DNA of 64,000 nt from a virus. Below are positions 55,638-64,000 of this stretch, piece after piece. Every line of letters begins with the position of its first letter. The stretch's first letter is position 1. The translations under genes and the position numbers were made by a program. The stretch lies in IMG/VR virus record IMGVR_UViG_3300044733_003647, positions 92,658 to 156,657 of that record; one strand, 5' to 3'. The notes beneath the pieces are model-generated. The model had not been told where the DNA came from. It saw only the letters and a list, made by a program, of their open reading frames with translations, and did no database searches.

Positions 55638-57493
55638 AAAAATTCTTAGAAAAATTACATGAGGACGAACAAACACATAGTCCTGTGGTCATGGCTTTTG
55701 GTCGCATGAATCCACCCACAATTGGGCATGAAAAGTTGGTCAACAGAGTTAAAGATATTGCGAGTGACTATAATGCACCGCATCATGTGATCATTTCACA
55801 TACAATGGACACAAAGAAAAATCCTTTGGCTGCAAATGTCAAATTGAAACATGCAAAGAGATTTTTCCCAGACACCAATATAGATGTTTCGAGCAAAGAG
55901 AGACCAACCTTCTTACAACACGCTGCAGCACTTCATGCAGCTGGCCACGATCATCTAATCATGGTTGCTGGTTCTGATCGTATACCAGAATATGAACAAA
56001 AGTTAAATCAGTACAATGGAATTGGTCCCGGAAAGTTGTTCAACTTCAAAAAGATAGAAGTCAAGTCTGCTGGACAAAGAGATCCTGATTCTGAAGGCGC
56101 AGAAGGCATGTCTGCATCGAAGATGAGAGAACATGCTATTAATAATCGTTTCAATGACTATATTGACAAAGATGGTAAAAAGAAACCTGGATTCAGAAGT
56201 GGTATTCCATCACATGTACCAGAAAAACACGCAAAAGAATTGTTCCGCGATGTTAGAAGTGGGCTCGGAATCAATGAAGATTTCAACAGAGGTCTATTTA
56301 AAGCAATTTTCGTGACAGGTGGTCCAGGTTCAGGTAAAGATATCATCATCCGTGAAGCTATCGCTGAAAGTAAATCCGTTGAACTGAATTCGGTTCAGGC
56401 TTTCGATATTCTGATGGACAAACAAAAACTCTCAGAGAAGTCAAACGATGTTCGCAGAGAAGCAGTCAGAAATCGTGGTCCATTGATCATTAATGGACCT
56501 GCTGACGACAATAAATTGTTGACAATCAAAGAAGAACTAGAAGAACTGGGTTATGAAACTTCTATGGTGTTTGTTGACACCACAAATGAAGCCAGTAAGA
56601 ATAGAAACGAAAAACTGGCAAAAATGATTGCCGAATCTGTGAGATATGATAAATGGAAACAAGCACAAGCCAGCAAGCTTTCATACTCCCAAAAATTTGA
56701 GAACTTTATCAACTTTAATAATAGCTCTTCCCTAGAAGAAATTGAAGAAGATATTACTGACACCTACGAAAAAATAAATAGGTTCATTGAGAACAAAAAT
56801 TACAATGAAATTGCGTTCTCTTGGTTAGAAAGCCGCGGTAAAATCAATATCGCAGAATCTTATGGTTTATTATTTAAGGAAGATGAAAATGTTAAGAAAA
56901 ATTCTAGATTTTTTGAGAATTACAAGTCCAAGCGCAACGCCGGAAAAGCATCCACTGGATATTCAAAAATATCAGCCGGTGCAGGCTCCAGAGCCGCAGG
57001 TCCAGGAGATATCCCAGCCGACAATCGTGCAGGAGACCCCAACGCCGACAATATCAAGTGGGACGCCAACAAGCGAACCGGTAGTTACATCTTCCGAACC
57101 TACACCGAAGAAAACTCGCAGCAAAGCCGCAAAGACTACCCAGAACCACAAGAGACAAACTTCAGCAAAGACAAAGAAAAAATAAAGAAGAAGGGTCTAA
57201 GAGACTCTCCTACGGTTAGTCAGAGATTGAGAAACGTTACATCAATTGGACCAGAATTCGATACCCGTCAACAGGGAACAGTCTATCCAATGTCTGGTCT
57301 AGGTGATGTGACGTATAGAGAAGAGACAAATTTTCATTCTTTCAGAAATAAAATGAAAGAATCTTTTATGGATCCAGGCGACAATGAGATGGGTGTTGCT
57401 GGTGTTTTGAATGGTGCAACAAACAAGGAACCAATTCAAAGTCCAAAAGACAATATTGGTATAACAATAGAAAAGAAAAAGAAAAAGAAATGA
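55634..57493 (+). CDS. HIGH-type nucleotidyltransferase fused to P-loop kinase
   Basis: FGRMNPPTIGH, VAGSDR, MSASKMR; GGPGSGKD. Confidence 0.75.
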   Translation: MKKFLEKLHEDEQTHSPVVMAFGRMNPPTIGHEKLVNRVKDIASDYNAPHHVIISHTMDTKKNPLAANVKLKHAKRFFPDTNIDVSSKERPTFLQHAAALHAAGHDHLIMVAGSDRIPEYEQKLNQYNGIGPGKLFNFKKIEVKSAGQRDPDSEGAEGMSASKMREHAINNRFNDYIDKDGKKKPGFRSGIPSHVPEKHAKELFRDVRSGLGINEDFNRGLFKAIFVTGGPGSGKDIIIREAIAESKSVELNSVQAFDILMDKQKLSEKSNDVRREAVRNRGPLIINGPADDNKLLTIKEELEELGYETSMVFVDTTNEASKNRNEKLAKMIAESVRYDKWKQAQASKLSYSQKFENFINFNNSSSLEEIEEDITDTYEKINRFIENKNYNEIAFSWLESRGKINIAESYGLLFKEDENVKKNSRFFENYKSKRNAGKASTGYSKISAGAGSRAAGPGDIPADNRAGDPNADNIKWDANKRTGSYIFRTYTEENSQQSRKDYPEPQETNFSKDKEKIKKKGLRDSPTVSQRLRNVTSIGPEFDTRQQGTVYPMSGLGDVTYREETNFHSFRNKMKESFMDPGDNEMGVAGVLNGATNKEPIQSPKDNIGITIEKKKKKK

Positions 57494-58233
57494 AATCATT
57501 CCTAGACTTTGCCAAAGAAAAAGAAAATGACGAACTGAAAAGACAGGTCGATCATTTAAAAGATATGACCGCTGAACACGAAGAGAAAGCCCAATCAGCT
57601 TTAATGATGGGTGATCGTGATGGGCACGCTTTACATATGGCCAAGTGCGATCATTTCAAAACACAACACGATGCATTAAAGTCTAAAATGAATGAGAGTG
57701 TTGAACAGATTGATGAAAGTCATGTTGCTATCGCCATGGGTAAAGAAATGGACGATGAAGGTAGTATGATTATGAATCAACTGGATCAAATCGAACGTTC
57801 AATTAAAATGTTACGCGATACAGTAAAAGATCCAGAGATGCAAATTCCTGCTTGGGTACAATCTAAAGTAACTTTGGCCGCAGATTACATGGAAACTGTT
57901 GCTGGTTATATGTCAAGTAAAAACGAAAAGGTCAGTGAAGAAGTTGATCTGGATGAAGCATCACCAGCTTGGCAACGCAAAGAAGGCAAATCTGCATCTG
58001 GTGGTTTGAACCGTAAAGGTATCGCTTCTTATCGTAAACAAAATCCAGGATCAAAGTTATCGATGGCTGTCACAACAAAACCATCGAAGTTAAAACCAGG
58101 TTCGAAAGCAGCAAACAGACGCAAGTCTTTCTGTGCAAGAATGTCGGGAATGAAGAAACGTTTGACTTCTGCTAAGACGGCAAAAGATCCAAACTCTAGA
58201 ATAAATAAGTCACTACGCAAATGGAATTGCTAA
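57490..58233 (+). CDS. Probable head internal protein (DUF6321-like C-terminus)
   Basis: MKSFLDFAKE start; AWQRKEGK..SFCARM..KSLRKWNC. Confidence 0.65.
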   Translation: MKSFLDFAKEKENDELKRQVDHLKDMTAEHEEKAQSALMMGDRDGHALHMAKCDHFKTQHDALKSKMNESVEQIDESHVAIAMGKEMDDEGSMIMNQLDQIERSIKMLRDTVKDPEMQIPAWVQSKVTLAADYMETVAGYMSSKNEKVSEEVDLDEASPAWQRKEGKSASGGLNRKGIASYRKQNPGSKLSMAVTTKPSKLKPGSKAANRRKSFCARMSGMKKRLTSAKTAKDPNSRINKSLRKWNC

Positions 58234-58246
58234 AAGGAAAACAAAA

Positions 58247-59314
58247 ATGATCAATATAAAAAAACAAGATCCTGTTGCTGATGCTGTTAGAGATATTTTA
58301 CAGCAAGAAGCATTAAAAGGCAATCAACACAAAATCGACAAGAACAAGAACAATAAAATCGATGCTCACGATTTTAAAATTCTGCGTGGTGAAAAGAAAT
58401 CTGTAAAAGAAGATTCTGTGGAAGAAACAAATAATCCTTTTGACTGGAAAAATTATAAGAGTCAATTGCCTACTAAACCAGGTGAAAAAGCTGGATTTGA
58501 CTCCAAGAAAATTTCAACAGGAACTTTTTATTCCAGAAAGCCTGTTAAAGATGAACCGATGAAGAAAGAAGAAGTTGAGCAGATTGATGAATTGAAGAAG
58601 TCAACTGTAAAGTCATATATGAATAAAAAAGTTGATCGTATTCACAAAGATGCTGATCTTCAATATCCTTTCAAACCAAAACCAATCACCAAAAAAGAAG
58701 TTGAAAAAAATACTAAAGATTTAATGAGAGGTCATGCAAGACTATCTGGTGTTAAGCCAACTTCAGAAGAAGTTGAACAAATTGATGAATTATCAAAATC
58801 AACACTAGGTTCCTATGTGAAAAATGCAGCAAGAGATGTTGGTGCTTCTCGTTCACTTGGTGCCGACTTTAAGAATAAGGCAGAAAAGTCTAGAAAACCT
58901 AATATAAAAGCAGCGTCATCTAGACTCTCTGACAGATTTAATGCCGTTGCTCAAAAGCGTCACGCTGGCATAGGCAAAGCAGTTGAACGTTTAACAAAAG
59001 AAGAAATTGAACAGGTTGATGAACGCACCCTATCTACAAGAGAGACTGCTGAGAAAGAGCGTATCGTAAAGGGTATGAAAAAGAATCTTGCTGGTTTTAA
59101 AGCTCGTTACGGTGAAAGAGCAAAATCAGTCATGTATGCTACAGCAACCAAAAATGCCATGAAAGAAGAGGCACTGGAAGAAGGCAAACGTCCAGAAGGT
59201 GATACAGTTCCTTTTGTTCAGAATGCAAACACATCTTCTTCACCAATGAAGAAAATCAAAGAAGTCGCTGGTGCAGCAATGAAGAAGATTTATAAAGACT
59301 TAAAAACTAAGTAA
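58247..59314 (+). CDS. Probable head internal protein with EEVEQIDE repeats
   Basis: Basic modules separated by three EE(V/I)EQ(I/V)DE linkers. Confidence 0.65.
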   Translation: MINIKKQDPVADAVRDILQQEALKGNQHKIDKNKNNKIDAHDFKILRGEKKSVKEDSVEETNNPFDWKNYKSQLPTKPGEKAGFDSKKISTGTFYSRKPVKDEPMKKEEVEQIDELKKSTVKSYMNKKVDRIHKDADLQYPFKPKPITKKEVEKNTKDLMRGHARLSGVKPTSEEVEQIDELSKSTLGSYVKNAARDVGASRSLGADFKNKAEKSRKPNIKAASSRLSDRFNAVAQKRHAGIGKAVERLTKEEIEQVDERTLSTRETAEKERIVKGMKKNLAGFKARYGERAKSVMYATATKNAMKEEALEEGKRPEGDTVPFVQNANTSSSPMKKIKEVAGAAMKKIYKDLKTK

Positions 59315-59315
59315 A

Positions 59316-60302
59316 ATGAATAAGACTGCATCTAAAATAAAAGAAATTGTTAAAAGAACTGTTGCCGAAAAACCATCCTTTGGCACAGATCCTATGGAAC
59401 CATGGTCTGCTAAGTATAATGTAACTGAAGATGCAGCTCTTGATAGATATCTTTTGTCTAGAGGTTTGAATCCGAAATACGTGAATAAGGACCTAAAAGT
59501 TTCACATGCAAAGTCCAATGCATTTATAAATTGGAAAAATTCTCATTCGAATGAGATTCAAAAAGAATCAATGACAATGGCACATACGCCTACAGCGAAA
59601 AGACAATACCAATTAAAGAAGTCTGCACACTTTGGTAAAGAAGTTCGAACCAACGGCATACACGGTTCAAAACTACATTCAGAAGCCGTTGATAAAAGAG
59701 ATACTGTCACATTCGATATTCCATTTTTAATCAGAGTGTTGGAATACTCGCGTGAAGATGCCAAGACAGATATGGATCTTCATAATGTTGTAACGAAATT
59801 GATTCATATTCGTAACAAGGGTGTTCTGACAATGAAGGACTACAACTTTGTTACCAGATTGAAAGAACACTTTGAAATCGATGATATCATCACCGAACAA
59901 GAATGTAAGTGTTCGGACGAAAAGGAATGGGAAAAGAAAGCACAGGCTCGTTCTGAAATTTGGAGAAGAAAGCGTCTAAAGATTGATGAAGACAAATATC
60001 AAGATCCAATGGCTGCAACACAGACTGTTGGTTCAGAAGTTGATACCGATTCTGTACCAAAAAGAAAACGTGAAATGACAAAATCAGCAAGAATGATCAA
60101 GTCAATTTACAAAAAGAAACGTGTCAAGAATGTCAAAGAAGAATTATATGATCACGAAAAAGAAGATAAAGGTGCGAAATTTGGTGAAAAACCATTTGCT
60201 GCAGCTGTTCTCAAGGGCGGAAAAACAATGACTGGTACACAAAGAGACACCATCGAAATTGATCCAATGATGCGTGCCAAGCCAGGAAAAGTAAACAGAT
60301 AA
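59316..60302 (+). CDS. Hypothetical (probable head internal) protein
   Basis: 328-aa charged ORF in same operon. Confidence 0.6.
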   Translation: MNKTASKIKEIVKRTVAEKPSFGTDPMEPWSAKYNVTEDAALDRYLLSRGLNPKYVNKDLKVSHAKSNAFINWKNSHSNEIQKESMTMAHTPTAKRQYQLKKSAHFGKEVRTNGIHGSKLHSEAVDKRDTVTFDIPFLIRVLEYSREDAKTDMDLHNVVTKLIHIRNKGVLTMKDYNFVTRLKEHFEIDDIITEQECKCSDEKEWEKKAQARSEIWRRKRLKIDEDKYQDPMAATQTVGSEVDTDSVPKRKREMTKSARMIKSIYKKKRVKNVKEELYDHEKEDKGAKFGEKPFAAAVLKGGKTMTGTQRDTIEIDPMMRAKPGKVNR

Positions 60303-60338
60303 ATAGTAGATAACCCATAGGTTAAAAGGAGAATATAA

Positions 60339-61025
60339 ATGTCATCTTGGGGAAATAACGACAATGCAGCTAACGCGCCTTACTGGGCAGTTAACTCAAC
60401 AATTTTAAATGTGCTCGGGACAGAAAGATCCTATGCTGCACCGACTGCTGCTAACGTAGCACTTCTTTACGGAAACACTACAGCTGATGTTTACCATACA
60501 GGTCAAACAATTGGTCTTTTCGGTGTTGATGGTCAAGAAGCCGATGTTAATGGCAATGGTACAGTACACACAGGCTGGGTCCTAAAGACTACAGGTTCTG
60601 GTGGCCGTGCTGATAGAATTCAACAAGAAGTTCTGGTTGCTCTAAGTGAAATGAAATCTGATGGTGATGGCCAACAGTATCCTAACGTTTCGATTACACT
60701 TGTTAACCCATCTAACGCTACAGTTGCTTCAAGTTCTTCTAATGCCAACTCTGTTGCATTCACTGTTGGTACCACATTAGCTGGAAATACTTCTGCAACA
60801 CTGGGTTATCAGTGGCAAGTTAACAGCAACACAGGTGCTCTGGGCTGGACAAACGTTGCGAACAGCACACCAACCAACACAAGTTATATTGGCGGCACAA
60901 CACCAACACTGCTTGTCTATCCAAAGACAGCCGCAGCGAACGCATTTGTGTTCCGTGCAATTGTTACGGCCGCAGATCAAGGCGTATCTGCAACATCTGC
61001 AAACGCAATAATTACAATCATGTAA
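60339..61025 (+). CDS. Virion structural protein with Ig-like C-terminal domain
   Basis: HTGWV..GRA..EVLVA N-domain; YQWQ Ig-like motif; late-like TAAATA upstream. Confidence 0.65.
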   Translation: MSSWGNNDNAANAPYWAVNSTILNVLGTERSYAAPTAANVALLYGNTTADVYHTGQTIGLFGVDGQEADVNGNGTVHTGWVLKTTGSGGRADRIQQEVLVALSEMKSDGDGQQYPNVSITLVNPSNATVASSSSNANSVAFTVGTTLAGNTSATLGYQWQVNSNTGALGWTNVANSTPTNTSYIGGTTPTLLVYPKTAAANAFVFRAIVTAADQGVSATSANAIITIM

Positions 61026-61032
61026 TTAAACT

Positions 61033-61059
61033 GGGGATGGTGAGAGCCATCCCCTTTTT
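61033..61059 (+). terminator. Rho-independent terminator
   Basis: GGGGATGG-tgagag-CCATCCCC followed by T5. Confidence 0.88.
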
Positions 61060-61064
61060 ATAAG

Positions 61065-61451
61065 ATGTTTGATGATTTGAATGAAGATAATTTTATGATG
61101 TATGCGATGAAAGCATATGTTTCGCCGCACTGCATCATGTCGGAATTTGAGGGAGATATCAAAAGAATAAAATATCTGAAAAGATTATTCAGAAGATATA
61201 AGATAACAAAATCCCTTAAAGAACGTCTGATTTTAAATCACATCATCTTATTAAACAATGTTTTTGGTCCTAAAGTGACAGCAAGAATATTGTTTTATAA
61301 GACCGATGAACGCGATTATGATATTTTGAAAACCTTTCTTGCCTATCTGGACATTGCACCTGATGTAGTGTACGGAATAAGAGGAAAGAATATTCTCGTT
61401 ACTGAAATTCCGTTAGAAACAAATGTCGCAGAGATATTACTCAAAATATGA
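61065..61451 (+). CDS. Conserved T4-like hypothetical protein
   Basis: KYLKRLFRRY..LILNHIILLNNVFG. Confidence 0.7.
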   Translation: MFDDLNEDNFMMYAMKAYVSPHCIMSEFEGDIKRIKYLKRLFRRYKITKSLKERLILNHIILLNNVFGPKVTARILFYKTDERDYDILKTFLAYLDIAPDVVYGIRGKNILVTEIPLETNVAEILLKI

Positions 61452-62107
61452 AAACATTCAAACAATATTTGGACGAAAAGGGAAGATGCTGGCCAGGTCA
61501 TAAACCTGTTCCTGGTAAGGCACCATTTTCACCCGGCAGTTGCACAAAAGAAGAAGTATCCATTCAAGAGGACCTGAGAAAGTGGTTCAAACAGAAATGG
61601 GTACGCATGGACACCAAGGGTAATATCAAAGGTGACTGTGCAAGAGAACCAGGCGAAGGCAAACCAAAATGTCTGCCTCAGGCTAAAGCACATTCACTAG
61701 GAAAAGAAGGTCGCGCATCAGCTGCACAACGTAAGCGTAGAGAAGATCCTAATCCAGAACGCCGTGGTGCACCAATTAATGTTAAGACTGAAGAAGTTCA
61801 ACAAATACAAGAAAAGAATAAACCAACAAGCCCAGAAAAGTGGGCTAGAGCCAAAGCTGCAGCAAAATCAAAGTTTGCAGTATATCCATCCGCATATGCA
61901 AATGCTTGGGCATCCAAGAAATACAAATCAATGGGTGGTGGTTGGAAATCAGTTTCTGAAGATGCTGGTGCAATGAGTGCTGCACCAACAAATGCAGTCG
62001 GCACAGGAAACATTGCTGGTTCAGGTGGCGCAGGTGGTGAACCTGGTGTTTCGAAGAAAAGAAACCCAGTAATGTCATTCTTCAAGCGCAAACAACAAAA
62101 GGCATAA
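61448..62107 (+). CDS. Probable head internal protein (DUF5872-like module)
   Basis: MKTFKQYLDE start; LRKWFKQKW; YPSAYANAW..YKSMGGGW. Confidence 0.65.
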   Translation: MKTFKQYLDEKGRCWPGHKPVPGKAPFSPGSCTKEEVSIQEDLRKWFKQKWVRMDTKGNIKGDCAREPGEGKPKCLPQAKAHSLGKEGRASAAQRKRREDPNPERRGAPINVKTEEVQQIQEKNKPTSPEKWARAKAAAKSKFAVYPSAYANAWASKKYKSMGGGWKSVSEDAGAMSAAPTNAVGTGNIAGSGGAGGEPGVSKKRNPVMSFFKRKQQKA

Positions 62108-62108
62108 A

Positions 62109-62585
62109 ATGTGGATATTGAAATGGTTGCCTGATTGGATATTTTACGCAATCTTTTTCATAGGATTGTTAGGCATCATTGCATCCTTTGTGATGAAGTT
62201 TATTCCGTTTGTCTACGTCTATAGAACACCAATACAAGTAATCTCGGTCATTCTAGTTGCCATTGGTACATACATGTCTGGTGCAATATCAAATGAAGAA
62301 GCATGGCAAGCTAGAGTTAAAGAACTAGAAGCGAAAATTGCTGCCGCTGAAGCCGAAGGTGCAAAAGAAACAGTAAAGATAGTTGAGAAGGTAGTAACTC
62401 AACAGAAAGTTATAAAAGAGAAAGGTGATGAGGTTGTAAAATATATTGATAGAGAAGTTGTCAAATACGATACAAAATTTTTACCTGGTGGTGAATGCGA
62501 AATACCAAAAGAATTTGTAAAGAGTCTTAATGAAGCTGCAAAACCACCTGAAGGTGGTACTTGGGGCATAAAGGAAAAGAAATGA
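62109..62585 (+). CDS. Inner-membrane spanin (Rz-like)
   Basis: N-terminal TM helices, coiled coil, C-terminal Cys; precedes lipoprotein. Confidence 0.7.
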   Translation: MWILKWLPDWIFYAIFFIGLLGIIASFVMKFIPFVYVYRTPIQVISVILVAIGTYMSGAISNEEAWQARVKELEAKIAAAEAEGAKETVKIVEKVVTQQKVIKEKGDEVVKYIDREVVKYDTKFLPGGECEIPKEFVKSLNEAAKPPEGGTWGIKEKK

Positions 62586-62848
62586 AGTATATTATTATCC
62601 TTTCAACAATACTATTGACTGGCTGTGCAACGGTTTCGGTGCCAGTCAAAGCTAAATTTCCAGTAATGCCAGAAACATTAATCGTTAAATGCCCACAATT
62701 AGAGCAAACGCCAGAAGATGCAAAGCTAAGTGATATGGGTAAAATTATTACAAAAAATTATACAACATATTATGAATGCGCCGTCAAGCACGAAGCCATT
62801 GTTGAATGGTATACTATACAGAAAACAATTTATGAAAGTGCAAAATAA
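62582..62848 (+). CDS. Outer-membrane spanin lipoprotein (Rz1-like)
   Basis: Lipobox LLTGC, Pro-rich, C..Y..C. Confidence 0.75.
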   Translation: MKYIIILSTILLTGCATVSVPVKAKFPVMPETLIVKCPQLEQTPEDAKLSDMGKIITKNYTTYYECAVKHEAIVEWYTIQKTIYESAK

Positions 62849-63471
62849 TGGAACTAACAAAAGACCAACTCAAAAAGTTGTTGCCAAAAAATCCATACCT
62901 TGATTATTGGTACAATGCATTATCTCAGCTATTGCCGGACTATGAGATAAACACACCGCAACGTATTGCTGCATTCATTGCACAGTGCGCTCACGAATCT
63001 GGTAATTTTATGGTTCTGCAAGAGAATCTGAATTACAGACCACCAACACTTAGAAAGATATTTCCAAAATATTTTCCAACTGATGCGATGGCCGCTGATT
63101 ATTGCTCAAGACCAAACAAACAAGAAGCAATCGCAAATAAAGTCTATGCAAATCGTATGGGTAACGGCGATGAGGCTTCAGGCGATGGCTATCGTTATCG
63201 TGGTCGTGGACTTATTCAATTGACTGGTAAAGATAACTACACATTCTTTGCTGGCTCACTAGGCATTTCTGTAGAAGAAGCCGCAGAATACATGGCAACT
63301 TTCGAAGGTGCATGTCAAAGTGCATGTTTCTTCTGGGAACAAAACAAATTGAATCAATGGGCTGACAAGGGTGATATTGTTACTTTATCCAAACGCATTA
63401 ATGGTGGAACAATAGGTCTTGAGGACCGCATTAAGCACTATGAACATGCACTACATGTTCTAGGGGGATAA
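62848..63471 (+). CDS. Glycoside hydrolase family 19 endolysin
   Basis: FIAQCAHES, YRGRGLIQLTGKDNY, INGGTIGLEDR. Confidence 0.92.
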   Translation: MELTKDQLKKLLPKNPYLDYWYNALSQLLPDYEINTPQRIAAFIAQCAHESGNFMVLQENLNYRPPTLRKIFPKYFPTDAMAADYCSRPNKQEAIANKVYANRMGNGDEASGDGYRYRGRGLIQLTGKDNYTFFAGSLGISVEEAAEYMATFEGACQSACFFWEQNKLNQWADKGDIVTLSKRINGGTIGLEDRIKHYEHALHVLGG

Positions 63472-63472
63472 T

Positions 63473-63769
63473 ATGTTCAACGATAGAAAATTATTTCTAT
63501 GTTTATTGGTACTCATGGTTCTACCTTTAGGTCTAGCTATTTTTGGCGGTGATAGGTTCCGCTATCCATGTCAAGACCCTGCAAATTGGGATAAAGATAT
63601 ATGTAAGTTACCTAAATGTGATGTAACAAGAACTTGCCCAGAACACATATTTAAAGGCCAGCGTGACCCAAGATTAGGTCCACCACCAACAAGAACAGAA
63701 CCTATGGTTCAAAGCGGAGCACCTGCCGCTTGCACACCACCCGCACAAGGAGCAAATTGTGGAAAATAA
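63473..63769 (+). CDS. Membrane-anchored Cys-rich small protein in lysis module
   Basis: TM then RYPCQDPANW..C..C..CPE. Confidence 0.65.
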   Translation: MFNDRKLFLCLLVLMVLPLGLAIFGGDRFRYPCQDPANWDKDICKLPKCDVTRTCPEHIFKGQRDPRLGPPPTRTEPMVQSGAPAACTPPAQGANCGK

Positions 63770-64000
63770 TGCATTCGTTTATACCGAAGAACAGTTAATG
63801 GCCCGATTGAAGTTTTTCATCGGCGTCTGTCTCGCACTTACATTAACAGGAATTGTTTTTGTTGTTCTATATTCTATCATTTTTGTTACGCAACCATTGA
63901 ATGCGATTTCTCCAATTGACCAAAAGTTTTTTGAGTTGATTATTCCTATCGCTACATTCTTGACTGGTACACTATCAGGTATCATGCTTGCTGGTGCTAA
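63759..64000 (+). CDS. Two-TM holin-like protein (3'-truncated; not in ORF track)
   Basis: AGGAG SD, GTG start, MENNAFVYTEEQLMARLKFFIGVCLALTLTGIVFVVLYSIIF.. open to window end. Confidence 0.6.
   Translation, partial: MENNAFVYTEEQLMARLKFFIGVCLALTLTGIVFVVLYSIIFVTQPLNAISPIDQKFFELIIPIATFLTGTLSGIMLAGA

Overview
This window is 64 kb of a large, AT-rich T4-like (Tevenvirinae-related) myophage genome. The host is probably a Gram-negative bacterium, judging from spanins, consensus sigma70 promoters and boxA sites. From 5' to 3' it holds: the head/tail morphogenesis block (gp15-gp23, gp3); uvsY, an Endo VII-type homing endonuclease, uvsW, gp55, gp47/46; accessory genes (peptide deformylase, DUF4338-like protein, glycosyltransferase, dNMP kinase); gp45/44/62/regA; hsp20 behind a long structured leader with a ROSE-like hairpin; and rubrerythrin plus rubredoxin. 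A ~6.5 kb array follows with 29 tRNAs covering all 20 amino acids (a 30th, Ile2-type tRNA lies upstream), interleaved with stem-enclosed ncRNAs. After it come a minus-strand secreted-protein trio, gp43/uvsX/gp41, a glycan-modification cluster, probable capsid-internal proteins and a spanin/GH19/holin-like lysis module. The top finding is absent from the ORF track. The tRNA array is headed by what looks like a ribosome-coupled transcription attenuator: a 34-codon leader whose first 27 codons are all different and which encodes all 20 amino acids, overlapping an antiterminator that is mutually exclusive with a strong terminator. It may be a general sensor of host tRNA-pool depletion that switches on the phage tRNA set. 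All calls come from reading the sequence; no searches or folding programs were run.
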